63,568 nucleotides of DNA, from NCBI GenBank assembly GCA_964399195.1, contig CAYNPY010000009.1:1758-65325 (forward strand), read 5' to 3'. The position numbers and the translations under genes were made by a program. The first letter of the stretch is position 1; each line of letters begins with the position of its first letter. The notes below the pieces were generated by a model, which saw only the letters and a program-made list of their open reading frames with translations, was not told the origin of the DNA and ran no database searches. Shown here one piece after another: positions 13,027 to 21,627 of the stretch. Source of the stretch: an uncultured Fibrobacteraceae bacterium. GTDB lineage: Bacteria; Krumholzibacteriota; Krumholzibacteriia; LZORAL124-64-63.

Positions 13027-14084
13027 TCGTCGTCATGCGCGAGAACGCGACGCTGCAGGAGCTGAGCGGCGTCATCCGCGAACTGGAGGCGCGCGGCCTG
13101 CGCCCCCGCCCCTCCCACGGCACGCGGCGCACCGTCGTCGGCGTGATGGAGGCGGGCCTGGCGCAGCTGGACGGCGTGGCCGCGCTGCCGGGCGTCGAGC
13201 AGGTCTCGGCGATGTCCAGCAGCTTCAAGCTGGTCAGCCGGGACTTCCGCGCCGAGCCGACGGTGGTCAATCTCGGCGGCGCGCAGATCGGCGGCCGCGA
13301 CTTCGTGGTGATGGCCGGGCCCTGCGCCGTGGAATCGACGGATCAGCTGCTGTCCTGCGCGCGCCAGGTGAAGGCCTGCGGCGGCAGCGCGCTGCGCGGC
13401 GGCGCCTTCAAGCCGCGCACGTCGCCCTACAGCTTCCAGGGCCTGGGCGAGAAAGGCCTGCGCATCCTGGCCGCCGCGCGCGAGGAGACCGGCCTGCCGG
13501 TCATCACCGAGGTGGTCTCGCCCGACGCCGTGCCGCTGGTGGCCCGCTACGCCGACGCGCTGCAGATCGGCGCGCGCAACATGCAGAACTACGCGCTGCT
13601 GGAGGCGGTGGGCCGCGAGCGCAAGCCGGTGCTGCTCAAGCGCGGACTGATGTCGACGGTCGAGGAGCTGCTGCTGGCGGCCGAGTACCTGCTGTCCAAC
13701 GGCAACCACCAGGTGATGCTCTGCGAGCGCGGCATCCGCACGTTCGAGCGCGCCACGTGCAACACCCTGGACCTCTCCGCGGTGCCCGTGATCAAGCAGC
13801 TGAGCCACCTGCCGGTCATCGTCGATCCCAGCCACGGCGTCGGGCACAGCGCCTACGTGGAGTCGATGTGCCGCGCGGCGGCGGCCGCCGGCGCCGACGG
13901 CATCATCGTCGAGATGCACCCGGACCCGGCACGAGCGGTTTCGGACGGGCAGCAGAGCCTCGACTTCGCGGCGTTCGCGAGGATGATGGACGCGGTCCGG
14001 CCGGTGGCCGCGGCGGTGGGCAGGCCGTTGCCGCAGGGCGACGGGGCGGCACGGCAGCGGGAGCGCGGCGGCGGCGAAAGCTGA
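13023..14084 (+). CDS. aroF: DAHP synthase (type I-beta, N-terminal ferredoxin-like regulatory domain)
   Basis: [58 protein letters not shown] overlap with trpA. Confidence 0.94.
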
Positions 14085-14097
14085 CCACGGACAGGCA

Positions 14098-14133
14098 GCC
14101 GCCGGCGGTGGACCTGGGTCGACCGCCGGCGGC
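14098..14133. terminator. Hairpin at the end of the trp-aroF operon
   Basis: GCCGCCGGCGGT / ACCGCCGGCGGC, a perfect 12-bp inverted repeat with inner GACC/GGTC pairing; no U-tract. Confidence 0.5.
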
Positions 14134-14387
14134 CGGGAACTGTCGCAGGCCCGGTCCTCCCAGCCCGTGCCCGCGACGGTCGGGACTCCCGCAAGGGTTG
14201 GGCCAACGGGGTGTCGCGCCCGTCGGCGCCGCCCGCAGCGCGCTGAACCCGTGTCCCGCCGCCTCTTGCGCGCAGGATCGCGCTCGCCGGCGGGCGGGAC
14301 GCACACTCGGCGATGTCCCCCTGTCCCGCGTCGTCCGCGGTGCGACGGACCGGAACAGCAGGACAGCGGGACGCGGGCGCGGCGGCC

Positions 14388-16679
14388 TCAGGCCCGTGGC
14401 TCGGTCAGCGGGGCGACCGGCTGCGCCTGCGGCTGCAGCGAGCGCACGAACACGGCCACGATGTCCGGATCGAAGCGCTCGCCGCCGTCGCGGCACATGA
14501 CCGCCAGCGCCTCGTCGACGCCGACCGGCGAACGCGAGGCGTCGCCGACCAGCAGCGCGACCCAGTTCTCGACGACCTTCACGATGCGCGCGGCCAGCGG
14601 GATCTGGCGGCCCTTCAGGCCCAGCGGGAACCCCTTCCCGTTGAACCGCTCGTGATGGGCGGCGACCACGTCGATGGCCGTCTGCGACGCCTGCAGCCCG
14701 CGCAGCAGCGCGGCGCCCTCGGTCGGATGCTGGCGGAAGCGCGGCCACTGCGTGGGGTCCATGGCCGAGCGCGGCCCCATCAGCGCGTCTTCGCGCGCGG
14801 CCAGGCCCAGGTCGCGCAGCAGGCACCCCTGCACCAGGTCGCGCTCCTGCTCGGCGGTGAAGCCCATGGCGCGGCAGAGGCGGCGCAGGTGAGGGATCAT
14901 GGCGCCGGTCAGCGCGTGCGCGCCCAGGCTGCGCTTCTCGTTCTGCTCGACGAGGAGGCGCAGGATCTCCAGGTCCACGTCGACGGCCGACGCCGCGGAA
15001 TCGAGGCGGCGCAGCAGGCGCGACGTCTCGCCGAAGATCTCCGTCAGCAGCCGGGGCAGGTCCTCGTCCACGAACGAGGCCTCGAGGCCGAGGAGCGCCG
15101 AACCGAGGAATTCGTCCTGCCAGCGCAGGCCCACGATCCAGTCGACGCCCGCGACGAGCAGCGCTTCGCGCGTCTGCCGAAAGAAGTTGGGCAGGTTGGC
15201 CGCGCGCACCGGCAGTTCCATCTGGCGCAGGAAGTGGCGGAGTTTCGCTTCACCGAAGTCCACGCGGTCCCAGCCGGCGCCGTCACCGGCGACGACCCGG
15301 GCGTGCGTCACATCGGGAGGCAGGAAACCGATGCCGGTCAGCGGCAGCGCCGGCCACGCGCAGCGGGCCAGCAGGCGCCAGAATTCAGGGGCGTCGTTCG
15401 CCTCGGGCAGCCTCAGGGCCAGCTGCATGAGGGCCTCGGCCGGGGGGCGGCCGCCCGCGGCGGGGGCCCACCCGGCGCGGCCGGTCGCCGACACCCCGGC
15501 GCCGCCGGGCGCCCGCGCCGCGGGCGGCGGGACCGCGGCGTTCTCGACCGCCGCGGACGGGTTCGCGGCGCCGGGTGCGGACGGCGCGGCCAGCGCGTCC
15601 GCCAGCAGCCGCATGAGCAGCTCGAGCGCGAAGTGCTCGGCGACGGTGTACTCCCGCTCGCCGTCGCCGCGGATCAGCAGCAGCGTGGCGACCAGACGAC
15701 CGTCGGCCCGGATCGGCAGCAGCAGGTCCGGCGTCAGGCACTCCAGCAGCTCGGCTTCCGCCGGCAGCAGGTCGCCGTCGGCCAGGTCGAGCATCGTCAA
15801 GGGGCCGCTGGCCTCCAAGAGCTGCGTCGCGAGCGCGCCGTCAGCCGGCACGGCCCACTGGCTGTCCGCGTCCTGCAGCAGATCCTCGCTGAGCGTCAGC
15901 AGCAGGGCGTCCTCGGCCAGCCCATGGCTGAACAGCAGATTGCGCACGGCGACGGCGAAGTCGGCATCGCGCTCGCCGGGCCTCCAGCGGCCGAGTTCGG
16001 CCGCCGCCTCGGCCAGCGACGTGTAGTGGTGATCCTTGCGCCGCCCGCCGGGGCCCGCGGCCCGGTCCTCGTCGCGGCCGTTGAACTCGTCCAGGACCTC
16101 CTGCACGGCGTCGCGGCCCTCCGCGGCCGCTTCCGCCGGCGGCGACGACGACGCGCGCGAGGCCTCCGGCGCGGGCGCCTCCATCTCCCCCGCCTCCAGC
16201 TCGTCGTCGGCGAACGCCGCGATGGCGCCGAGGTCGCCCAGTTCGTCGTCGTTCGCGTCCGCCGCCTCGCTCACGGCCGTGGCCAGGTCGGCCGCCAGTT
16301 CCTCGGCGTCCGGATCCCAGCGATAGCCATCGTCGTCGAAGCGGGCGGCGGCGGTGGCGACATCGGGAAAGAACCGCAGCGGCAGATCATCGAACCGTTG
16401 GCGCAGGAAGCGGCGCACCGTCTTGCCGGCGCCGACGAAAACCGCCTCGCCGCCGCGCGAGGTGAGGCTGAGCTGGAAGTCCGCGAGCGCGAGCGCGCCG
16501 CCGCCACCGAGAGCGTCGAGGTCCGTCATGTCGAGCACGACGTTCAGCTTGCCGCGCTCGAGGCAGCGGTCGGCCAAGGCCAGCAGGTTCTGCTTGTCGG
16601 CGCGGGCAACCGTGCCGCTCAGGCCGACGCCGAACAGTTGCGGCGCGTCCAGTTCGAGCGGCGTGTAGCGGATGGCCAT
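14388..16679 (-). CDS. STAS + GAF-like + degenerate HD-GYP domain signalling protein
   Basis: N-terminal STAS-like (VVLDMTDLDAL...VFVGAGKTVRRFL); C-terminal HD-GYP (QHPTEG, HHERFNGKGFPLGLKGRQIPLAARIV), but with RD in place of HD. Confidence 0.75.
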   Translation of the reverse strand: MAIRYTPLELDAPQLFGVGLSGTVARADKQNLLALADRCLERGKLNVVLDMTDLDALGGGGALALADFQLSLTSRGGEAVFVGAGKTVRRFLRQRFDDLPLRFFPDVATAAARFDDDGYRWDPDAEELAADLATAVSEAADANDDELGDLGAIAAFADDELEAGEMEAPAPEASRASSSPPAEAAAEGRDAVQEVLDEFNGRDEDRAAGPGGRRKDHHYTSLAEAAAELGRWRPGERDADFAVAVRNLLFSHGLAEDALLLTLSEDLLQDADSQWAVPADGALATQLLEASGPLTMLDLADGDLLPAEAELLECLTPDLLLPIRADGRLVATLLLIRGDGEREYTVAEHFALELLMRLLADALAAPSAPGAANPSAAVENAAVPPPAARAPGGAGVSATGRAGWAPAAGGRPPAEALMQLALRLPEANDAPEFWRLLARCAWPALPLTGIGFLPPDVTHARVVAGDGAGWDRVDFGEAKLRHFLRQMELPVRAANLPNFFRQTREALLVAGVDWIVGLRWQDEFLGSALLGLEASFVDEDLPRLLTEIFGETSRLLRRLDSAASAVDVDLEILRLLVEQNEKRSLGAHALTGAMIPHLRRLCRAMGFTAEQERDLVQGCLLRDLGLAAREDALMGPRSAMDPTQWPRFRQHPTEGAALLRGLQASQTAIDVVAAHHERFNGKGFPLGLKGRQIPLAARIVKVVENWVALLVGDASRSPVGVDEALAVMCRDGGERFDPDIVAVFVRSLQPQAQPVAPLTEPRA

Positions 16680-16804
16680 CGATCAGACCTCTGCCTGAGC
16701 CGCGGCGGCGCGGGTGCGTCCCCGCGCTGCCGCTTCGTTTCGCGCAACTTCGGCCGGCCCCTTGCGATGGCAGGCTCAGGCGCGGGTGCGCCTTCGCCGC
16801 AACC

Positions 16805-17023
16805 TCACACGAGCGCCTCGGCCAGCCAGTTGTCGAGCACCGAGCGCAGGAAGCGCCACTCGCTGCCGACCTTCCGGGCCGGGATCTTCCCTTCTTTCGC
16901 CAAACGGCAGACCGTCTTGACGTGCATCTTCAGGTAATCGGCCGCCTCGACCGAAGTCATGACCTGGCCGAACTGCTCTTCCCCCCCGATGTAGATCCTG
17001 GAGTTGTCGTGGTTGTCGGACAT
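16805..17023 (-). CDS. Small excisionase/MerR-like (HTH_17, BldC-like) DNA-binding protein
   Basis: VMTSVEAADYLKMHVKTVCRLAKEGKIPARKVGSEWRF; ATG 17023 with AGGAG RBS. Confidence 0.85.
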   Translation of the reverse strand: MSDNHDNSRIYIGGEEQFGQVMTSVEAADYLKMHVKTVCRLAKEGKIPARKVGSEWRFLRSVLDNWLAEALV

Positions 17024-17213
17024 TGGGGGCTCTCCTCGCTGTGTGGCCCGGGTGGGCATGACCTGTTGTTGCCGAACGAAAAAGCAAGGGCCATGCCGCT
17101 CCCTTGACGCCGGCAGAATCGGTCCTTTCCGGCGTTTCGGAGCCGTTTACGAGACACCACGCGGAATCGGAGGGCGTTTCGACGGACGGACGGCCTGTGC
17201 AGGATACATCAAG

Positions 17214-17247
17214 AACGGGCCGGGCGTTGCAATCCGCCCGGCCCGTT
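17214..17247 (-). terminator. Likely bidirectional intrinsic terminator downstream of the MCP-like gene
   Basis: AACGGGCCGGGCG-ttgcaatc-CGCCCGGCCCGTT, a perfect 13-bp stem with T-rich flanks. Confidence 0.65.
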
Positions 17248-17278
17248 TCTGCCTTTGCGACGGCGTGTCCGTCGCCGG

Positions 17279-19168
17279 TCAGGCGACGCGAACCGCCCCG
17301 AACTCCGCCAGCTCGTGGATCGGCTCTTCCTGCGGGTCGTCGTCGAGACGCACGGCGCCGAACTCGGACAGCTCGTGGATGCGGTCCTCCACGGCGGCGG
17401 CGGGACGCGCGACCGGTTCCGGATCTTCGACACGCTCCGGCACGACCGTGTCCAGCTCGAGCGGCGCGAGGTCGATCGCGCCATGGTCGAAGACGCCGCT
17501 TCCGGGCGAAGCCCGCTCGATGACGAACGCGTCGTCCTTGGGCTCGGGCGCGAAGGCCGGCGCCGGCGGCGCGACGGGCTCGGTCGTCAGCAGCGGCCGC
17601 GGCGCCGGGGCCACGAGCGCCGGCTGCGCAACGAAGGGATCGACCTCCACGCGCGCACCGCCGCCCTCGCGGCAGAACGGATCCTGCGGGATGACGCGCA
17701 GCGGCGCTTCGCCCGCCGGTTCGGCCGCCGCGCCGTCCGGCAGCGACGCGTCGAACGGCAGCCCGCTCAGCGCGCCGAACGCCTCGCCCAGCTTGACCAG
17801 GCGCTCGGACTGCGCCTGGAAGCGGCGGCCGACATCGGCCAGGTTCGCGGCCACGCGCCCGACCATCGGGCCGGAGCGCCCGATCTCCTCGAGCGCCTCG
17901 GGCGTCAACCCCGCGCCACCGAGGCCGAGTTGCCGCGCCAGCTCCTCGACCCTGCCGGGCGCCGGGCCGGCGCCGGCCGGCGCCGGTCCCGCCGAAGCGT
18001 CGAGGGTCTGCCGCAGCGACGTCGTCAACTGCTCGAGAGCCTGGCTCATCGGCTGCAGGCGCTCGCCGCGCGCGCCCAGCCGCGCCACCTCCATGGCGAT
18101 CTGGAACGCGAGCTTGCTGCCCTGCGCGGCCAGTTCCTCGAGGCCCGCCGCCTGCGGAACGCGCGCGCCGGCCTGGTCGGCCAGTTCGCGCCGGATCTCC
18201 GCCAGCAGCGCGGCCGCCTGGCTTCCGTCGGCGACGCTGCCGGCCGCCGCGCCCAGGTCCTCCAGGCGCCGCGACATGCGCTCGAGCGCCGCGCCCTGCG
18301 TGCCGATCTGCTCGAGCGTCGCGCGGTGCCAGACTCGGGCCTCCTGGATGAGAGCCATGACGGCCCCGGCCTCGTCGTCGTTTCGGCGCCGGAGTTCCGC
18401 CAGTTCGCGGGCGTCGGCGTTGCGGGCGTCCAGGAAGCGCACCAGTTCGTCGGCCAGTCCGCCGAGCGCCGGCGAGTCGAATCTGCCCGTCAGCACCTCG
18501 CGCGCGTTCTCCGCCAGCGCCTTCTGCACGCGATGGATCTCGCCCTCGACGCCGTTGAAGCGGCGCAGGCGCGCGCCCTGCAGGCGCCAGGCGCCCAGGA
18601 TCTCGGCCGTGAACGCGCCGGCCAGCGGATGGTCGCGCAGGGCGGCGTCGGTCCAGGGGCCCTCGTTGTCCAGCCGCAAGGCCGTCAGCTTCTCGATCAG
18701 GCGCGCGGACGCGGCGCGCTCAGCCGCGAGCGCGCGCAGCGTCGCGTTCAGCGCGCGGGCTCCCCAGGCGGCCGCGATGCCGACGGCGATCGACAGGAGC
18801 ACGACCAGGTTCACCGGGTTGCGCAGCGGCGCGGCGTACTTGCCGGGGTCCAGGAGATCGCCCGGCGCCCACGCGGGCGAGCCGCCGCGCCCGGCCAGGA
18901 GCGCCGCGCTGCCCAGGCCGACGCCGGCCAGGATCACCGCCGCGGCGAAGTAGGCGCCCCAGGGCGCCAGCGGGACAGCCTGCCGAGAGGCGAGCCGACG
19001 CGGGACGCCGGCCACGACGGGCGGCGCGGCCGGAGCCGCGACGCCCGGCTCGCGCGCCGCGGCGGCCGGCGGGGTGTCGCCGGCTTCGGCGCGGGGCAGA
19101 TCGTCGTCGAGGTCGGCGAAGCCCTCGATGGGCTGGTCGTTCGGTCGGGTGCGCTTCTTCTTGCTCAT
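17279..19168 (-). CDS. Membrane protein with a degenerate methyl-accepting chemotaxis-like signalling hairpin and an acidic tail
   Basis: Two TM-like segments, long coiled coil, and ELAAQGSKLAFQIAMEVARLG resembling the MCP signature. ATG 19168 with AAGGA RBS. Confidence 0.6.
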   Translation of the reverse strand: MSKKKRTRPNDQPIEGFADLDDDLPRAEAGDTPPAAAAREPGVAAPAAPPVVAGVPRRLASRQAVPLAPWGAYFAAAVILAGVGLGSAALLAGRGGSPAWAPGDLLDPGKYAAPLRNPVNLVVLLSIAVGIAAAWGARALNATLRALAAERAASARLIEKLTALRLDNEGPWTDAALRDHPLAGAFTAEILGAWRLQGARLRRFNGVEGEIHRVQKALAENAREVLTGRFDSPALGGLADELVRFLDARNADARELAELRRRNDDEAGAVMALIQEARVWHRATLEQIGTQGAALERMSRRLEDLGAAAGSVADGSQAAALLAEIRRELADQAGARVPQAAGLEELAAQGSKLAFQIAMEVARLGARGERLQPMSQALEQLTTSLRQTLDASAGPAPAGAGPAPGRVEELARQLGLGGAGLTPEALEEIGRSGPMVGRVAANLADVGRRFQAQSERLVKLGEAFGALSGLPFDASLPDGAAAEPAGEAPLRVIPQDPFCREGGGARVEVDPFVAQPALVAPAPRPLLTTEPVAPPAPAFAPEPKDDAFVIERASPGSGVFDHGAIDLAPLELDTVVPERVEDPEPVARPAAAVEDRIHELSEFGAVRLDDDPQEEPIHELAEFGAVRVA

Positions 19169-19478
19169 GCCGCGGTCCTTTCCCACTCAGCCCTCGACAG
19201 CCGTGAAGCGGGCGCGGTGCGCCCGGGTCCGGGCGGTGTCATCGGCCATGGCGCCAGCGACCAAAGCGATTTCTGGACGCGGGCGTCGCGCAGGCACCGC
19301 ACGTGACGGGTTCCTGGCGGCCGGTTTTCCGCCGTACCGGTCGGGATCCGGCGGCCGGCGGCCGGGGCATCCGCCATAACCCTTTTTCCGTCAATGAGTT
19401 GACCTGATGGGTGCACCGGGCGTGGCGGGCACGTCTCCTGCTGCCTCGGTCCACCACCCGTCGCGGAAGGAGCCGCCG

Positions 19479-20285
19479 ATGCCCACCGCCGCCCGCCTCC
19501 CTGAGCCTCGCCCGCGCGCGCGCCTGTCCGTGCCCGCCGCGCCGTCGCCCGCGTTCCTTCTGACCGAGCAACTGCTCGAAGCCCGGCGCTGCAGCCGGCT
19601 GCCGACCAATCTGGCGGGCCCCGACGAGGACGTGAACATCTACCTGGCGCTGCGCCTGGAGGCGTTCGCGCGCGCGGGCGTCGATCCCCGCGTCGTGCCG
19701 GGCCTGGACCCGTTGGTGCCGGGGCCGCCGCCGGGCCGAAGCCGCCGGGAGCGCGCGGACTGGTACCGGGCGAACGCCGATCACCGCCTCCTGAACCTGG
19801 GCCTGTTCGGCCGCGGCGACACGGCGCGGCGTCGCGACGTGCCGTGGGGCCTGTCGCGCGAGGAGGCGTTCGGGCGCGACCTGGCGATCGCGAAGGCGTG
19901 CTACGCGCTGGCGGCGGACCTGCTGGAGCGGGGACCCGGCGGCGGCACGGCAGCTGTCGCCGTGCTGAGGAAGCTCGCCGCCCGCGGCGACGACTATGTC
20001 CACGTGCTGGCCGTGCTGGCGGTGCGGCGCCTGGGGTTGGGCGCGCAACTGGACGAGCGGGACCTGGCGGAGTTGCTGGCGCCCCGCAGGACGCCGGCTG
20101 CGGCCGCGGTGGCCGACCTGCTGGCGAGCGTTCCTGCCGACGCCGCGGACGTCGTCCTGGACCTGTGGCTGGATTACCGCCGCGCGGGCGACCCGGCGCT
20201 GCGGCGCCGCGGCGAACGGCTGGCGCGCGCGGCCGGGCTGGCCTGGCCGCAGGACGGGGAGCCTACCGGATCCCGCAGAACTTGA
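19479..20285 (+). CDS. Hypothetical protein
   Basis: Open frame with AAGGAG RBS and non-random sequence (DEDVNIYLA, YRANADHRLLNLGLF, CYALAA). Confidence 0.7.
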   Translation: MPTAARLPEPRPRARLSVPAAPSPAFLLTEQLLEARRCSRLPTNLAGPDEDVNIYLALRLEAFARAGVDPRVVPGLDPLVPGPPPGRSRRERADWYRANADHRLLNLGLFGRGDTARRRDVPWGLSREEAFGRDLAIAKACYALAADLLERGPGGGTAAVAVLRKLAARGDDYVHVLAVLAVRRLGLGAQLDERDLAELLAPRRTPAAAAVADLLASVPADAADVVLDLWLDYRRAGDPALRRRGERLARAAGLAWPQDGEPTGSRRT

Positions 20286-21495
20286 GGATCTCGCCGTAGA
20301 GGACGCGCTCGCCGTGCGCGGCCAAGATCGCGTGGCCGCCGGTGGGGAACACCTGGAACCGCGACGCGCGGTTGTGCGCCTTCTTCTGCAGGAAGCGCAG
20401 CGAGTCGGGCGAGGCCCGGTCGTCGTCCTCGCACTGGGCGGCGTAGATCGGCACGCGGACGCGGCCGGCGCTGCTGCGCGCGGCGTCCATGCCCTCCAGC
20501 AGGTCGGCGTTCAGGCCGAGCAGGCGCCGGAACAGACCCAGGCGATGCAGGCGGAAGCGCACGATCTGCCGTTGGACCGCCGACACGCGCGGCATGAGCG
20601 CGGGCGCCAGGAGCACGAGGCTGTTGATCGCCTCGAGGCGGCTGGCCAGGTGCAGCGCCAGGGCCGCGCCGTAGCCCAAGCCCACCACGTGCAGGTTCCC
20701 GCCGCCGCGGCTGAGCATCCGGCAGCGCTGCCCCGCCTGCAGCAGCGAGGACTCCCACGAGGCGTGGCTGACCGCATCCGGCACGGCGCCCAGTTCCGGC
20801 AGGCGCAGCACCCAGACGTTGCAATCGTTGTCGCCCAGGTGCCGGGCCAGCCCGCGCAGGTCCGCCGGCCCCGTGGACATCCCGTGGATGAGCAGGAAGG
20901 AGGCGCGGGCGTTCTCGCGCACGCGCAGGAACGTGCGGTCTTCCTCGGGAATGCGACGACCCGACTCGAACGCCGCGATCAGCTTCTGGTGCGTGCGCAG
21001 GGTCATCAGCTGGCCGCGCGCGGTGTCCTCGCGGTCGCCGCGCGTGCGCGCCAGGTCCCAGGCGGTGAGCGCCAGCGCGCGGGCCTCGGGCGTGACCGCG
21101 GGCTCGGCCGGCATCGGTTCCGGGGCCGCCGGCGCGCCGTTGCGCGGGAGACCGGCGCGGGCCGCCGACGTCGGCGCGTCGGCCGGGGAGTATGACGACG
21201 GGGCCTGCGGCCGGGACGGACCGGGGCGCCGCCCCTGCCCGCCCCGCTCACCCTGACCGCCGCGGCCGCCACGGTCGCCGCGCCCGGCGCGATCGCCCTG
21301 CCCGGGGCGATCGTTGGGGCGCGCGCGATCGCCCCTGTCGTCCGGCGCGCCGCTCCCGTCGGCCGGCACGCGGCTGAGCCGACCGGGTTCGCGGCCGACC
21401 CCGCGCAGCCGCTGACCGCGGCGCGGCCCGCCGCCGCCGCGACCGCCCTGGCCGCCCTGGTTGTCGCCCTGGGAACGGGAACCGCCGTCGTTCAC
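20263..21495 (-). CDS. Alpha/beta-hydrolase-fold protein lacking the catalytic Ser, with a long G/R-rich disordered N-terminus
   Basis: LLIHG, nucleophile elbow GLGYG (normally GxSxG), LVLLAPA, acidic residue in CEDDDR, GGH. Confidence 0.75.
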   Translation of the reverse strand: MNDGGSRSQGDNQGGQGGRGGGGPRRGQRLRGVGREPGRLSRVPADGSGAPDDRGDRARPNDRPGQGDRAGRGDRGGRGGQGERGGQGRRPGPSRPQAPSSYSPADAPTSAARAGLPRNGAPAAPEPMPAEPAVTPEARALALTAWDLARTRGDREDTARGQLMTLRTHQKLIAAFESGRRIPEEDRTFLRVRENARASFLLIHGMSTGPADLRGLARHLGDNDCNVWVLRLPELGAVPDAVSHASWESSLLQAGQRCRMLSRGGGNLHVVGLGYGAALALHLASRLEAINSLVLLAPALMPRVSAVQRQIVRFRLHRLGLFRRLLGLNADLLEGMDAARSSAGRVRVPIYAAQCEDDDRASPDSLRFLQKKAHNRASRFQVFPTGGHAILAAHGERVLYGEILKFCGIR

Positions 21496-21627
21496 GCGCG
21501 CATCCTGTCAGTCAGCGTCCATGGTTGATGTCGGGCAATAAATACGGCCTCGGGCCGCCCGGCGCCAGCGGCGATTGGCCGCACCGCGCCCCCCGCGGCG
21601 GCGGGCACGATCTCGACGGCACGCCTC

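Noticed and set aside
16805-17023. Prophage or ICE excisionase marking a mobile element
   Set aside because: No integrase, att-like repeats, tRNA, phage genes or compositional shift nearby.
19165-19416. Small ORF whose stop overlaps the start of the MCP-like gene
   Set aside because: The ATGA overlap follows automatically from ATG-AGC, the translation is low-complexity, and the MCP-like gene has its own RBS.
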